Virus record (IMG/VR): IMGVR_UViG_3300032770_000001
Coordinates: 1 to 64,000 of that record
Length of the DNA stretch: 64,000 bases
Reading direction: 5' to 3' (one strand)
The notes beneath the pieces are model-generated. The model saw only the letters and a list, made by a program, of their open reading frames with translations. It ran no database searches and had not been told where the DNA came from. Shown in pieces: positions 17,886-26,143 of the stretch (position 1 is the first letter of the stretch; each line of letters opens with the position of its first letter). Position numbers and translations under genes: made by a program.

Positions 17886-18098
17886 TTAGCAACATACTCC
17901 GTTCATAGTTTCATGTCGGGGAACGTAACAGCCGGGGCAATCAACGCTCTCATACCAGTCAATCATTTCCTTGACGAACTGTTCCTTTGTCTTGCCCAGC
18001 CGTGCGATTCGTTCCGCCGAGTACATCGGGTGATCGAAACTGCGAATCACCTGCACATGCCCACAACGGTGCTTTACTTCTTGCTGCCCTTCTCTCAT
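17886..18098 (-). CDS. hypothetical protein
   Basis: ORF between tRNAs. Confidence 0.5.
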   Translation of the reverse strand: MREGQQEVKHRCGHVQVIRSFDHPMYSAERIARLGKTKEQFVKEMIDWYESVDCPGCYVPRHETMNGVCC

Positions 18099-18163
18099 AC
18101 GCTTTTCCTAATTAGGCGCTTTTCCGCCTATTTCCGAAATATATCAAAAACCGCCTAAGAACT

Positions 18164-18240
18164 TGGAGCCGCCGAGTGGATTCGAACCACCAACCTCGTC
18201 CCTTACCAAGGGAGTGTTCTACCGTTGAAACTACGGCGGC
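18164..18240 (-). tRNA. trnT: tRNA-Thr(GGU)
   Basis: cloverleaf, loop TT-GGT-AA, CCA. Confidence 0.92.
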
Positions 18241-18241
18241 A

Positions 18242-18317
18242 TGGAGCCAGCGGGGAGGATCGAACTCCCGACCCCCGCGTTACGAGTGCGGTGCTCTACC
18301 AACTGAGCTACGCTGGC
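18242..18317 (-). tRNA. trnT: tRNA-Thr(CGU)
   Basis: cloverleaf, loop CT-CGT-AA, CCA. Confidence 0.93.
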
Positions 18318-18360
18318 ATGTTATTCTGTGTCACGAAACCCCTTAAATCGAGGGGTTTTG

Positions 18361-18591
18361 TTACGCAGAATGTTTGGCGTTCTTCCGTGGGCCTTTACGA
18401 CCTTCCCACTGCGGCAGGTTCTTCCCCGCCACGAACGCCGCTATTCCTTCATACTTCTCACAAAGCCACTTCACGTATGCGCAATCTTTCATGTGCATCC
18501 GCAAATTCCCACCTGTCCGAAGCCCACACCACCCACAGGGTGGTTCTGAGCAATCATTCGGCTCACGTCGAAATGTGGGCTCCGGTAACAT
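18361..18591 (-). CDS. hypothetical protein
   Basis: ORF between tRNAs, CxxC..H..DC. Confidence 0.45.
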   Translation of the reverse strand: MLPEPTFRREPNDCSEPPCGWCGLRTGGNLRMHMKDCAYVKWLCEKYEGIAAFVAGKNLPQWEGRKGPRKNAKHSA

Positions 18592-18596
18592 GATCT

Positions 18597-18673
18597 TGGT
18601 CCGCCCGGAGGGATTCGAACCCCCGAATGACCACGCTAATCAGGCGTGCGCTTTACCAACTGGCTACAGGCGG
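18597..18673 (-). tRNA. trnI: tRNA-Ile(GAU), atypical (U37, short D-stem, 7-nt variable loop)
   Basis: CACGC-CT-GAT-TA-GCGTG, TTCGAAT, ACCA. Confidence 0.7.
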
Positions 18674-18935
18674 AAAACTTTTCAAAAATCGCTTTGCACT
18701 CGCAGGACTCAACACTGTCGGAACCCAGCCCGAAACAATTCGGGTTCTTCCTCCACGTGCACGCTTCGACCGGATCATCCGGCAGACCGTAAGCTTCCTG
18801 CAATTTCTCCATCGCTTGAATCACTCGCTTGTACGAGCTAATCAGGGCACCAGCCTTGCTGAAGCCATCGCCGCGTACTGCTCGGCGTGCCTCTCGCATT
18901 TGCTCGATAATGTCGCCGACCTGATCCCTGTCCAT
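18636..18935 (-). CDS. hypothetical protein
   Basis: ORF whose 3' end overlaps the atypical tRNA-Ile. Confidence 0.4.
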   Translation of the reverse strand: MDRDQVGDIIEQMREARRAVRGDGFSKAGALISSYKRVIQAMEKLQEAYGLPDDPVEACTWRKNPNCFGLGSDSVESCECKAIFEKFSACSQLVKRTPD

Positions 18936-18940
18936 AAACT

Positions 18941-19017
18941 TGGTGGGCACGGTTGGATTTGAACCAACAGCCTTCCGGTTATCAGCCGGATGCTCTAAAC
19001 CATTGAGCTACGCGCCC
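18941..19017 (-). tRNA. trnI: tRNA-Ile(GAU), canonical
   Basis: cloverleaf, loop CT-GAT-AA, ACCA. Confidence 0.93.
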
Positions 19018-19388
19018 TAAAACCCTCTCAACTCATCCCACTTCTTCCAGTCGGCCTCGACAGCCTTCCGGAACTTCTCGAACGCCGTCTCATTCGCGCC
19101 GTCATACAACAGATACTCCGGAGCGATCACGATGCCGAGGTTCGTTTCATCATACGTGCGCTGCGCTGGCACCGCACCGCAGTCTCGCACGATGTGAACG
19201 ATGGCAGCCTTGGCACCGTCCTCCCCGTACAGTCGGAGAGCCTCTCTCACACCCGCCCAACAATGGCGGTGACGCCGATGCTTCGGGCCGAACTTTTTGA
19301 ACAGTTCGTCCATCCAGTGATTCACGTTCTCGTGTCGGGCTCCCAAGAGCCTCTCACAGTCCCGGCAATGGTCATTGAAGTGTGCCAT
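19017..19388 (-). CDS. His-rich hypothetical protein
   Basis: H..HC....G..H..V..WMD...HR..RH motif. Confidence 0.6.
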   Translation of the reverse strand: MAHFNDHCRDCERLLGARHENVNHWMDELFKKFGPKHRRHRHCWAGVREALRLYGEDGAKAAIVHIVRDCGAVPAQRTYDETNLGIVIAPEYLLYDGANETAFEKFRKAVEADWKKWDELRGF

Positions 19389-19395
19389 AAACGTC

Positions 19396-19416
19396 AAAAG
19401 CCGCCTTTCGGCGGCT
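19396..19416 (-). terminator. intrinsic terminator (candidate attenuator)
   Basis: AGCCGCC-GAAA-GGCGGCT followed by TTT. Confidence 0.75.
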
Positions 19417-19442
19417 CATCTGTTTGATTCTGTTCGGGTTAT

Positions 19443-19541
19443 TTAGCCATCCCAACCATCTTCAAACGTAAAGCCGCCCGTCGTCGCAGTTGTAATTCGT
19501 TGCGTCGATGTCGTAGTTCGCGTTTGAGATGTCATGTTCAT
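19443..19541 (-). CDS. Thr-rich leader peptide candidate (32 aa, 11 Thr)
   Basis: MNMTSQTRTTTSTQRITTATTGGFTFEDGWDG* between promoter and terminator; no strong SD. Confidence 0.55.
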   Translation of the reverse strand: MNMTSQTRTTTSTQRITTATTGGFTFEDGWDG

Positions 19542-19579
19542 CGTCAGTTCTCAGCAGTCAACACTAATGCCACTCTCTA

Positions 19580-19608
19580 TAAATACCACACCGTAGTCCA
19601 TTTGTCAA
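19580..19608 (-). promoter_or_regulatory. sigma70-like promoter for the leader/tRNA cluster
   Basis: TTGACA-17-TATTTA (imperfect -10). Confidence 0.55.
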
Positions 19609-21554
19609 CACTTGCGGAAAAATAATTTATGTTCCTTTATTCCAAAATTCGTGGAGAAGGGGGGCGATACGCCGTCGATCTGCCTCTAGTTGTTCGAAAG
19701 AAAACTCCCAATTAGCAGGTCGAGGACACTTATCCGGACAGGACGAGCAGAACTTTTTATCAAACTCTGCAAAGGTGGGGTTCAAAGAATGGCCCGAAAG
19801 TCCATATTTGTGTTTTTCACAAAAAATCAACTTTTCCCCAACAGGCACAGTCGTCGTGTTGCGCACTAAAACTTCGAGAGGACTAGATCGACCCAACGAA
19901 GTGTGAATAAACTGACAAGTTCTAAGGATGTCTGCGGGTTTTCTATCCTTGATGCCCTGCCGAATCAATCTTGCGTAGTAATCATTTGGATTATTGATGT
20001 CAACGCCCCAACTTCGAGCCACGTTCAATAGTGCTTGGTCAGCTAATTCATCATCATTTCGAGCTTCGTAATCACCATCAACATGTTCCCCGCGTATACG
20101 TTTGAGATTTCGTTCGAGAAAGTCGAGTGCTATCCTACGTTGACTGGGGTCAATTATCCTCCGTGCCATCTCCCTCCCCCACTCTGAATATTCCTCCGTG
20201 TTTAATGATGCGACTGTGCCGCAAATTAACGTCAAAGCATCTGCATCGTCATATCGTTCAGAAATAGAAGCTGCGATTTGGCAGATGTGAAAAGCGGTTT
20301 TCCTAATCTGCTTTGCAGTATCGATCCTTCCGTCGTTATCCAGAACGTGGAGGTAACCTACTAAATCCGCACAAACGGCGCACATTACTTTTGGTAAAAA
20401 AGCTCGGTAGGGAGAGTTACGAGCAATCTGAATCAGCCTAACCATTTGCTTGAATTTAGACCACAGACGAAGCTCTGCTTTTCTTTGCAAAATCAAATTG
20501 ATTAGGAGGAACGATCTGTCCGATTCACCCATCCTCATCATTTCCAACAGCAACTTTCGAGCCATCAAAAGACTCAGTATGTAACTCCCGGCATAGCCAA
20601 TTTCCGCTGATCTTTCATTTAACATTGCGTACAACTTCAAAGCACCGTAAGCGTGTTGAGTTAATTTTCGCAATTCTCGTGAGTAGTGCATTCGAACCTC
20701 ACTGAATTTACCAGTGGAGCCTTCACTGGAAGCGGCGACTATTTGCGCGGCTGTGCGTTCAGCGTACAGCAGAGCGAAAAATCGAACCTTCAAGGCTATC
20801 TCATTGTCGTCCACAACAGACATAAGCTTGGCTTTTATTTCCTGCAATTCAATCAGTCCGGGCTTATCGTTATCACGGAAAAATTCAGCCACTTCTCGAA
20901 TTGACTGACTTTGTTTGTCTTTTGGATCGAGAGCTACTCGTTCCGTTTCAAGCTCCCCATGCGTGGAGTTATTTGTATTTCGCACGATCTTCGCTGCTGC
21001 GGCTGCGGTTGAAGACCCACTTTTCACTATAATTACATCCCATGAACGCTCAATGGCGACCAACAGAGCTTCTGAAGTGACTGGCAATTCTTGATCGGTT
21101 GGAACTTCGACCACCAAGGTTTTTTCTTTTTTATTTCCCAGTTTTTCAGCGGGGAATTCCGCGAGATGGATAGATGCCCAAAATAAACGTTCACTAGTGA
21201 TGTCGGCGTGGACTAGAAACATAGGAGTACGGAGTTTTCTCCAATGAAGAAGGTGTTTTTTCTTTACGCGCACGCGCACGTAGCTTCCATCTTTCGCATA
21301 GTCCGATTGACATGAACTCTTAAGCTGCGCCTTGAACTCGGACTCTGATGGCTCTTTTTTACCGTCAGCGGTAACAACAGGAATCCAAACCTCAAAATCC
21401 ACGCCGAAAAGATCGCGATCACGTGGAATTTTAACGACAATCCAACGTAATTGAACTCCTAATACGCGCTCGAAGAGATTTTCACCCGCTACGTCAACTT
21501 CATAAGTAATTGGGATAGTCATCTCTTACTCCATTTGTCAACACTTGCGGAAAA
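19597..21554. mobile_element. cassette bounded by 25-bp direct repeats (19597-19621, 21530-21554)
   Basis: TCCATTTGTCAACACTTGCGGAAAA at both ends; visibly AT-richer single gene inside. Confidence 0.7.
19627..21522 (-). CDS. DUF4365 (PD-(D/E)XK-like) domain protein, 631 aa
   Basis: D.FGVDFEV....FKAQLKS...YxRV...HWRKL..PMFLV; C-terminal Cys/His cluster. Confidence 0.75.
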   Translation of the reverse strand: MTIPITYEVDVAGENLFERVLGVQLRWIVVKIPRDRDLFGVDFEVWIPVVTADGKKEPSESEFKAQLKSSCQSDYAKDGSYVRVRVKKKHLLHWRKLRTPMFLVHADITSERLFWASIHLAEFPAEKLGNKKEKTLVVEVPTDQELPVTSEALLVAIERSWDVIIVKSGSSTAAAAAKIVRNTNNSTHGELETERVALDPKDKQSQSIREVAEFFRDNDKPGLIELQEIKAKLMSVVDDNEIALKVRFFALLYAERTAAQIVAASSEGSTGKFSEVRMHYSRELRKLTQHAYGALKLYAMLNERSAEIGYAGSYILSLLMARKLLLEMMRMGESDRSFLLINLILQRKAELRLWSKFKQMVRLIQIARNSPYRAFLPKVMCAVCADLVGYLHVLDNDGRIDTAKQIRKTAFHICQIAASISERYDDADALTLICGTVASLNTEEYSEWGREMARRIIDPSQRRIALDFLERNLKRIRGEHVDGDYEARNDDELADQALLNVARSWGVDINNPNDYYARLIRQGIKDRKPADILRTCQFIHTSLGRSSPLEVLVRNTTTVPVGEKLIFCEKHKYGLSGHSLNPTFAEFDKKFCSSCPDKCPRPANWEFSFEQLEADRRRIAPLLHEFWNKGT

Positions 21555-21560
21555 TTATTT

Positions 21561-21773
21561 TTACTGCCTGCGTGCCGCCCGAACCCGAACTCTACCGTCT
21601 ATGAAGTAGGCTTCGAGGTTCCCGGCGTCCATGTGGTTGAACAAACCGCCCATCATCTTGACCGCTTTGGCGTGAACTTCTTCCTTGCTTTCGATGTCGA
21701 GAGGGAAGCCGTACCGCCTCTTGAACGCCGACATCAACAAATCGCAGGCTTCTTCCTTCGTAAGCAATCTCAT
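21561..21773 (-). CDS. hypothetical protein
   Basis: coupled ORF. Confidence 0.5.
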   Translation of the reverse strand: MRLLTKEEACDLLMSAFKRRYGFPLDIESKEEVHAKAVKMMGGLFNHMDAGNLEAYFIDGRVRVRAARRQ

Positions 21774-22504
21774 ACCGTGTAATCAGGCAATTTCAATTTG
21801 CGGTCACGCCAATGTAGGGGCTCGTCCGGTGGAATCTTTGCCATGCGCTCCGGAGTGAAGTTGAACTTCTCAGCCTCGGTCGGATCGATCAACTCTGTAT
21901 TCGGGCCGCAAAAGACTTTGTGTGACCGTAGATGCAAATTGTCTCTCATGCAGATGCCAGTATCACAGGCACCGCAGGATCGACCGAACGCCCACTGCCG
22001 GAAGCATACTTCCTTCCCGCAACACATGCAATGGAACGGAGCACGAAACCGCCAGCCCTTGAAATCGAAGTGAAGATCAGGAGGCGACGGCGAATGCAGA
22101 TAGCCGAGACATCCCGGACATGCCGGGTGTTCGGCGGTCGGGAGATGATAACCTGAACAGGTGCCGCAGAACTTCAGGGTCTTGCGTTGTTCTGGGGTCG
22201 GATCAGCCGTGTAGCCATTCCGAGTTCGCATGTCTTCGAAGTTTTGCTTTCGCCGTAAAGCGTCCTCGGTGATGATCCTGTACCGCTCGGCATCGCACAA
22301 ATCTTCGATGGTGTATTCGACACCCGTGCAGTCTATTACGCCCCGGCAGCAGTAGCCGGAGACTCTGCCTAAACCGATAATGGTTGCCATGCGGTTGCCA
22401 CAGCACGGGCAGTCCAGTTTGGGGGCGTTCTCGGCGTCTTTCATCGCCTTTCCGAGATCGGAAGACCACTGCTCGAATTCAGGAGAATCAAAAATTCCGT
22501 TCAT
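21770..22504 (-). CDS. multi-CxxC hypothetical protein
   Basis: several Zn-binding motifs. Confidence 0.65.
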   Translation of the reverse strand: MNGIFDSPEFEQWSSDLGKAMKDAENAPKLDCPCCGNRMATIIGLGRVSGYCCRGVIDCTGVEYTIEDLCDAERYRIITEDALRRKQNFEDMRTRNGYTADPTPEQRKTLKFCGTCSGYHLPTAEHPACPGCLGYLHSPSPPDLHFDFKGWRFRAPFHCMCCGKEVCFRQWAFGRSCGACDTGICMRDNLHLRSHKVFCGPNTELIDPTEAEKFNFTPERMAKIPPDEPLHWRDRKLKLPDYTV

Positions 22505-22815
22505 CAGTCATCCATCAGTTGGCAGTTGGTCATGCCGTGACAAGCGCAAATGTTTGGGTTGTTGTAAACCTTCTGCCAGCCTCTCAGTTCCGGCTTCGCT
22601 TTCCACCGATCCACGGAGGCTTTGACCAGCGCACGCCATTCATCGGCGTCCGCCTGTGTCCAGCGACCCTCTGCTACCAACCATTCTAACATAGAAGTGA
22701 CGGCTACGACGCAACGGTCGCATACGTCCATCGGATTGCCCTGCACGGTGTGGTAGTTCCAGCACCGGGGACATTTGATGCCGGGGGCTCGCTCGACTTT
22801 AACCTCTACGCTCAC
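22504..22815 (-). CDS. stand-alone IleRS C-terminal Zn-finger (zf-FPG_IleRS)-like protein
   Basis: VKVERAPGIKCPRCWNYH......VCDRCV. Confidence 0.65.
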   Translation of the reverse strand: MSVEVKVERAPGIKCPRCWNYHTVQGNPMDVCDRCVVAVTSMLEWLVAEGRWTQADADEWRALVKASVDRWKAKPELRGWQKVYNNPNICACHGMTNCQLMDD

Positions 22816-23030
22816 GCAGCCGCCCCATGCCATGGGTCAGGCGTACTGTACTCGCACAGGACTCGCTTGTAGTCCTTGAACGGCGAACGGCACTTGGGAC
22901 ACATCTTCCCCGCCTTGATGTCTCGTTCGTCCTGCTCGGCTTCACGTATATCCCGCTGCCGACCGCAATCAGGACAGTAGGCGCAATCGCTCTCGCAGAA
23001 GTCTCCGCATTTGATACATCGAGCACTCAT
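22812..23030 (-). CDS. small Zn-finger protein
   Basis: four CxxC motifs. Confidence 0.55.
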   Translation of the reverse strand: MSARCIKCGDFCESDCAYCPDCGRQRDIREAEQDERDIKAGKMCPKCRSPFKDYKRVLCEYSTPDPWHGAAA

Positions 23031-23275
23031 TCAATTTCCCCCGACCGTAAATAAAGTTCCTCAAGCTGATCGACTTCGTGCTTTTCGCGGGTCGGCATCC
23101 GCCAGCCATTGCCTACAGTGCAGGTGCCGTCCGGATGTACTTCCCAGCCCACTTTCTCGCAATATATCCGGTCTGGAAACGGGTTCCAGTTGGCGAACAT
23201 TGCCTCGATGAGGCTCTTGTCGAACTCTGGAAACTCCATCTTCTGAAAATCTTCGCGGCTGTAGTTCTCACTCAT
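23027..23275 (-). CDS. hypothetical protein
   Basis: ATGA-coupled ORF. Confidence 0.5.
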   Translation of the reverse strand: MSENYSREDFQKMEFPEFDKSLIEAMFANWNPFPDRIYCEKVGWEVHPDGTCTVGNGWRMPTREKHEVDQLEELYLRSGEIE

Positions 23276-23571
23276 GACAAGAAGATCGGAACCTCTTCTT
23301 CCTTCAACTCGAACACCGGAACGTATCGGGCAACGATTCTCATGTACGGATAGCCGTAACGACGGGCATCCATAAATTCGCAGAACGCCCCGCAACGGCA
23401 ATTCTCGGAGATGCGCCCCTGATATTTCATCTCCATCAGACGATTAAGAATCAGGAAACTGATCTCGTCTCCAGTACGCTGGGTCATGGCTTTGCCCTCG
23501 TAAGATGAGCAGACCTCGTACATCATCGCCTTGACAGCCTCTTTGAGTTCTTCCGGCGTCTCAATTGGCAT
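23272..23571 (-). CDS. hypothetical protein
   Basis: coupled ORF. Confidence 0.5.
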   Translation of the reverse strand: MPIETPEELKEAVKAMMYEVCSSYEGKAMTQRTGDEISFLILNRLMEMKYQGRISENCRCGAFCEFMDARRYGYPYMRIVARYVPVFELKEEEVPIFLS

Positions 23572-23968
23572 GAGCGAAATTCTCCTGCATCTCCTCCAGC
23601 CATTTCGTGTGGTTGGAAACGTCCTTTTTGTATTGTTGAATTGCAGCTTTGACCGCATCGTTGGGGTCGCGATACTCTTTGTCATAACCCAACGTGAATG
23701 ACAGGGCCGGGACGGAAGTGGTGACGTAAAAGGAACAGTGGGATGCAGAGCGTCCCTGAGACCCGCCGAGAAAAAGCCGAAGTGGGGCACCAACCATAAC
23801 CAACTCGTAGTGCCAAGCGTCTTTATCTGCGGAGATTCGACGAGCCCAGCAACGAACCTCCCACTTGCCAAATTTCATGGCCTTGAGGAGTTCTTTGCCC
23901 TTCGCCAACGCTTCCGCTTTGGTTTCGGTGCCGACTGCGCTGCTCAGTTCTTCATAATTCATGCGCAC
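23561..23968 (-). CDS. hypothetical protein
   Basis: coupled ORF. Confidence 0.55.
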   Translation of the reverse strand: MRMNYEELSSAVGTETKAEALAKGKELLKAMKFGKWEVRCWARRISADKDAWHYELVMVGAPLRLFLGGSQGRSASHCSFYVTTSVPALSFTLGYDKEYRDPNDAVKAAIQQYKKDVSNHTKWLEEMQENFAHAN

Positions 23969-24231
23969 CCACCATCATGTCCCTTTCCAAGCGTACAGAA
24001 TTGCGGGGCGGAATTCATGCCGCCCAGTACAAGTTCCTTGCCACAGAGGACGCCTTGCTTACCGCGATAGCGCCAGCCGGGAGGGGCGACGACTTCTATC
24101 GAACCGTCATTATAGTGGGCTTCCAGTAGACCGTCAGGTCGCCCACCAGCCATGTGTACCAGCTTGCGATCCGGATTCGGATGAATCTCATTGCAACAGG
24201 GACATTTCATTGACTTGCCCATTTCCACCAA
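23959..24231 (-). CDS. hypothetical protein
   Basis: coupled ORF. Confidence 0.5.
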   Translation of the reverse strand: MVEMGKSMKCPCCNEIHPNPDRKLVHMAGGRPDGLLEAHYNDGSIEVVAPPGWRYRGKQGVLCGKELVLGGMNSAPQFCTLGKGHDGGCA

Positions 24232-24298
24232 ATCGCAACAATTGCGACGATGGCTGCCGGGATAATCAGGGATGCAAGTATTTCACGAATTTTGTTCA

Positions 24299-24628
24299 TT
24301 ACAATCCCAGTCTTTCTTTGCGGCACACCTTGCAGGAGTTCTCCCACATGATGATTCCGTGGGGGCAGCGACGGGCTTCCATCTCCGGTGTGATGACATG
24401 CTTCCCGTAGTTCGGGTCTTTGGCGTTCTTGAGGTACCGTTTGATCGAGTCCACGGTAATCATGGAACATTGCTGATCGGAGCAGTGGTTGGGTTCCCCA
24501 TCGCAGGTGCAATGCCAGCGCCAGCCGAAAATGCCGTCGTACCACTTCGGCTTGCAGCCAGCGGCGACGGCCATCTCGAAGAGCTTGTCGTTTGTTGCTT
24601 TCTTATCTTTAATGACGAAAGTCATCAT
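24299..24628 (-). CDS. hypothetical protein
   Basis: ORF with GAGG SD. Confidence 0.55.
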   Translation of the reverse strand: MMTFVIKDKKATNDKLFEMAVAAGCKPKWYDGIFGWRWHCTCDGEPNHCSDQQCSMITVDSIKRYLKNAKDPNYGKHVITPEMEARRCPHGIIMWENSCKVCRKERLGL

Positions 24629-24732
24629 CTTCTTCCTCTTCTTCCTGCTTCGGTGGAATCACGAAAATGTTCTTGCTCGGACAGTACGGATTTTTGCACT
24701 CCGGGTGTCCGTTGTAAAACCACATGGGATGT

Positions 24733-24951
24733 TCACAGTGCGAACAGGTCATAATCCAGCATTTCGTCCGTGCTCATGGCGTCCACACGGTCATAGAGTT
24801 CCTGTCGATAAAGTGCATTCGGGAGGCTCTGAGCCTCGCCACGGCGAACCTTACCGATCTCTTCCCAGAAGATTGCCAGCTTGACCCGGTGCCGCATCTG
24901 TGACGCCCGGTAGTCCCGGTACGAGTTCCAAACGTCCCTGAGGATTCCCAT
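24733..24951 (-). CDS. hypothetical protein
   Basis: TAATG coupling. Confidence 0.5.
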   Translation of the reverse strand: MGILRDVWNSYRDYRASQMRHRVKLAIFWEEIGKVRRGEAQSLPNALYRQELYDRVDAMSTDEMLDYDLFAL

Positions 24952-25337
24952 TACTCTTTCCAGTCGTGTTCCCAGACGTTATTTTCGGTCGGACACATCT
25001 TGCAGAAGTTTCCTACCTCACAACCGAAATGAGCGTCCTTGGGATGGTTACAGCACTTTCCAATGCCCATCGCCTTCTTGACCACGATCTCAGCCGCTTT
25101 GCGGGCCATGCCTCGTCCTTCAACCAGACGGGTGACGCGACGTTCGAAATCGCTGTGCCATTGAGGATCGACTTTCTCCAGAGCCTTGCCGAGGTCGGAT
25201 GGATAGACTACAGCGATGTCGTAATCCACTTCGGCTTTTTCGTCATCGTTTGTGGCGGCGAAGTGGATGCCGTTATGGTTCCGCGTCAGATTCGCAACCT
25301 CATCGAAGAACGCTTCGAGCTTTTCGAGTCTAGTCAT
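24951..25337 (-). CDS. hypothetical protein
   Basis: coupled ORF. Confidence 0.55.
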   Translation of the reverse strand: MTRLEKLEAFFDEVANLTRNHNGIHFAATNDDEKAEVDYDIAVVYPSDLGKALEKVDPQWHSDFERRVTRLVEGRGMARKAAEIVVKKAMGIGKCCNHPKDAHFGCEVGNFCKMCPTENNVWEHDWKE

Positions 25338-25809
25338 CGTCGTCTACAACCCCCTTCAGATACTCCGGGCTTTCTGGGTTGTAAAAATCATCCGTATAGA
25401 TGGACATGATGCGTTCCTCTTTGTAGCCGAACGCACGACCGAGGTTGCGGTGAGCTTCGACCGCAATGTTCGCCGGAGACCCAGTTTCACGTTGTTTCCA
25501 CAGATCGGTTAGATCGTCGCCCCATACAATCACGTCACCGCCACTGGAATCTTCTTTAGCGAATCGAACGTCAGGAAAGCCGTGGGGACGCATACGGAGC
25601 TTGCGCAGCACTTCATCCATTGCTTCATCACTGACAACAACGGAGCCCGCACGACGGTATTTGCCACAAGGAATGATAAGAGTGGGTTCTGTACGCCAGC
25701 GTTCGACTACCAGAATCGAACGATCCACCAGTTCTTCCTCGCGTAGGAGGAGTCTCCACCAGCGAAGCACTTCTTCTTTGTTGGGGACGATGATCTCTAT
25801 GGACGCCAC
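25330..25809 (-). CDS. hypothetical protein
   Basis: ORF downstream of tRNA array. Confidence 0.55.
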   Translation of the reverse strand: MASIEIIVPNKEEVLRWWRLLLREEELVDRSILVVERWRTEPTLIIPCGKYRRAGSVVVSDEAMDEVLRKLRMRPHGFPDVRFAKEDSSGGDVIVWGDDLTDLWKQRETGSPANIAVEAHRNLGRAFGYKEERIMSIYTDDFYNPESPEYLKGVVDDDD

Positions 25810-25851
25810 ATAGAAATAATACCGCGAGAGGAGGTTCCTTGGGAAGAGAGT

Positions 25852-25929
25852 TGGTGCCCTCGGCGGGATTTGAACCCACGACGCACGAGTTTAGAATTCG
25901 CCGCTCTGACCTGACTGAGCTACGAGGGC
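25852..25929 (-). tRNA. amber-suppressor-type tRNA (CUA), A73
   Basis: GCCCTCG/CGAGGGC-ACCA; by standard numbering GCGAA-TT-CTA-AA-CTCGT (A31.C39 mismatch). Confidence 0.7.
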
Positions 25930-25931
25930 TT

Positions 25932-25977
25932 TGGTGGGGCAGCGGTGAATCAACACCTGCGCTTGCGCTACTGCCCC
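25932..25977 (-). ncRNA. 46-nt mini-tRNA lacking the anticodon arm
   Basis: GGGGCAG-TA-GCGCAAGCGC-A-GGTG(TTGATT)CACC-G-CTGCCCC-ACCA. Confidence 0.7.
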
Positions 25978-25978
25978 A

Positions 25979-26052
25979 TGGCACACCCGGTGGGATTCGG
26001 ACCCACATGCGCGGTGTTAGAGACCGCTGTTCTGCCAGTGAACCACGGGTGT
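25979..26052 (-). tRNA. amber-suppressor tRNA (CUA), Trp-like body, G73
   Basis: ACACCCG/CGGGTGT-GCCA; perfect stem GCGGT-CT-CTA-AC-ACCGC. Confidence 0.88.
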
Positions 26053-26092
26053 ATTTTCAAAAAGACAATCGTCTTTTATTCCGTACAAAACT

Positions 26093-26142
26093 TGGTGGGC
26101 GGTGATGATTTGACTCACCCAGCTTTCGCTGTTTTACCGCCC
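26093..26142 (-). ncRNA. 50-nt mini-tRNA lacking the anticodon arm
   Basis: GGGCGGT-AAAA-CAGC(GAAA)GCTG-GGTGA(GTCAAA)TCATC-ACCGCCC-ACCA. Confidence 0.72.
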
Positions 26143-26143
26143 G

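Noticed and set aside
19578-19585. T4-type late promoter TATAAATA on the + strand
   Set aside because: Single occurrence overlapping the minus-strand -10, with no + strand gene downstream.
25852-25929. Reading this tRNA as Arg(UCU) or Glu(UUC)
   Set aside because: Those registers leave the anticodon stem unpaired and A20 is absent. Numbering from the D and T arms puts CUA at 34-36, though the A31.C39 mismatch lowers confidence.
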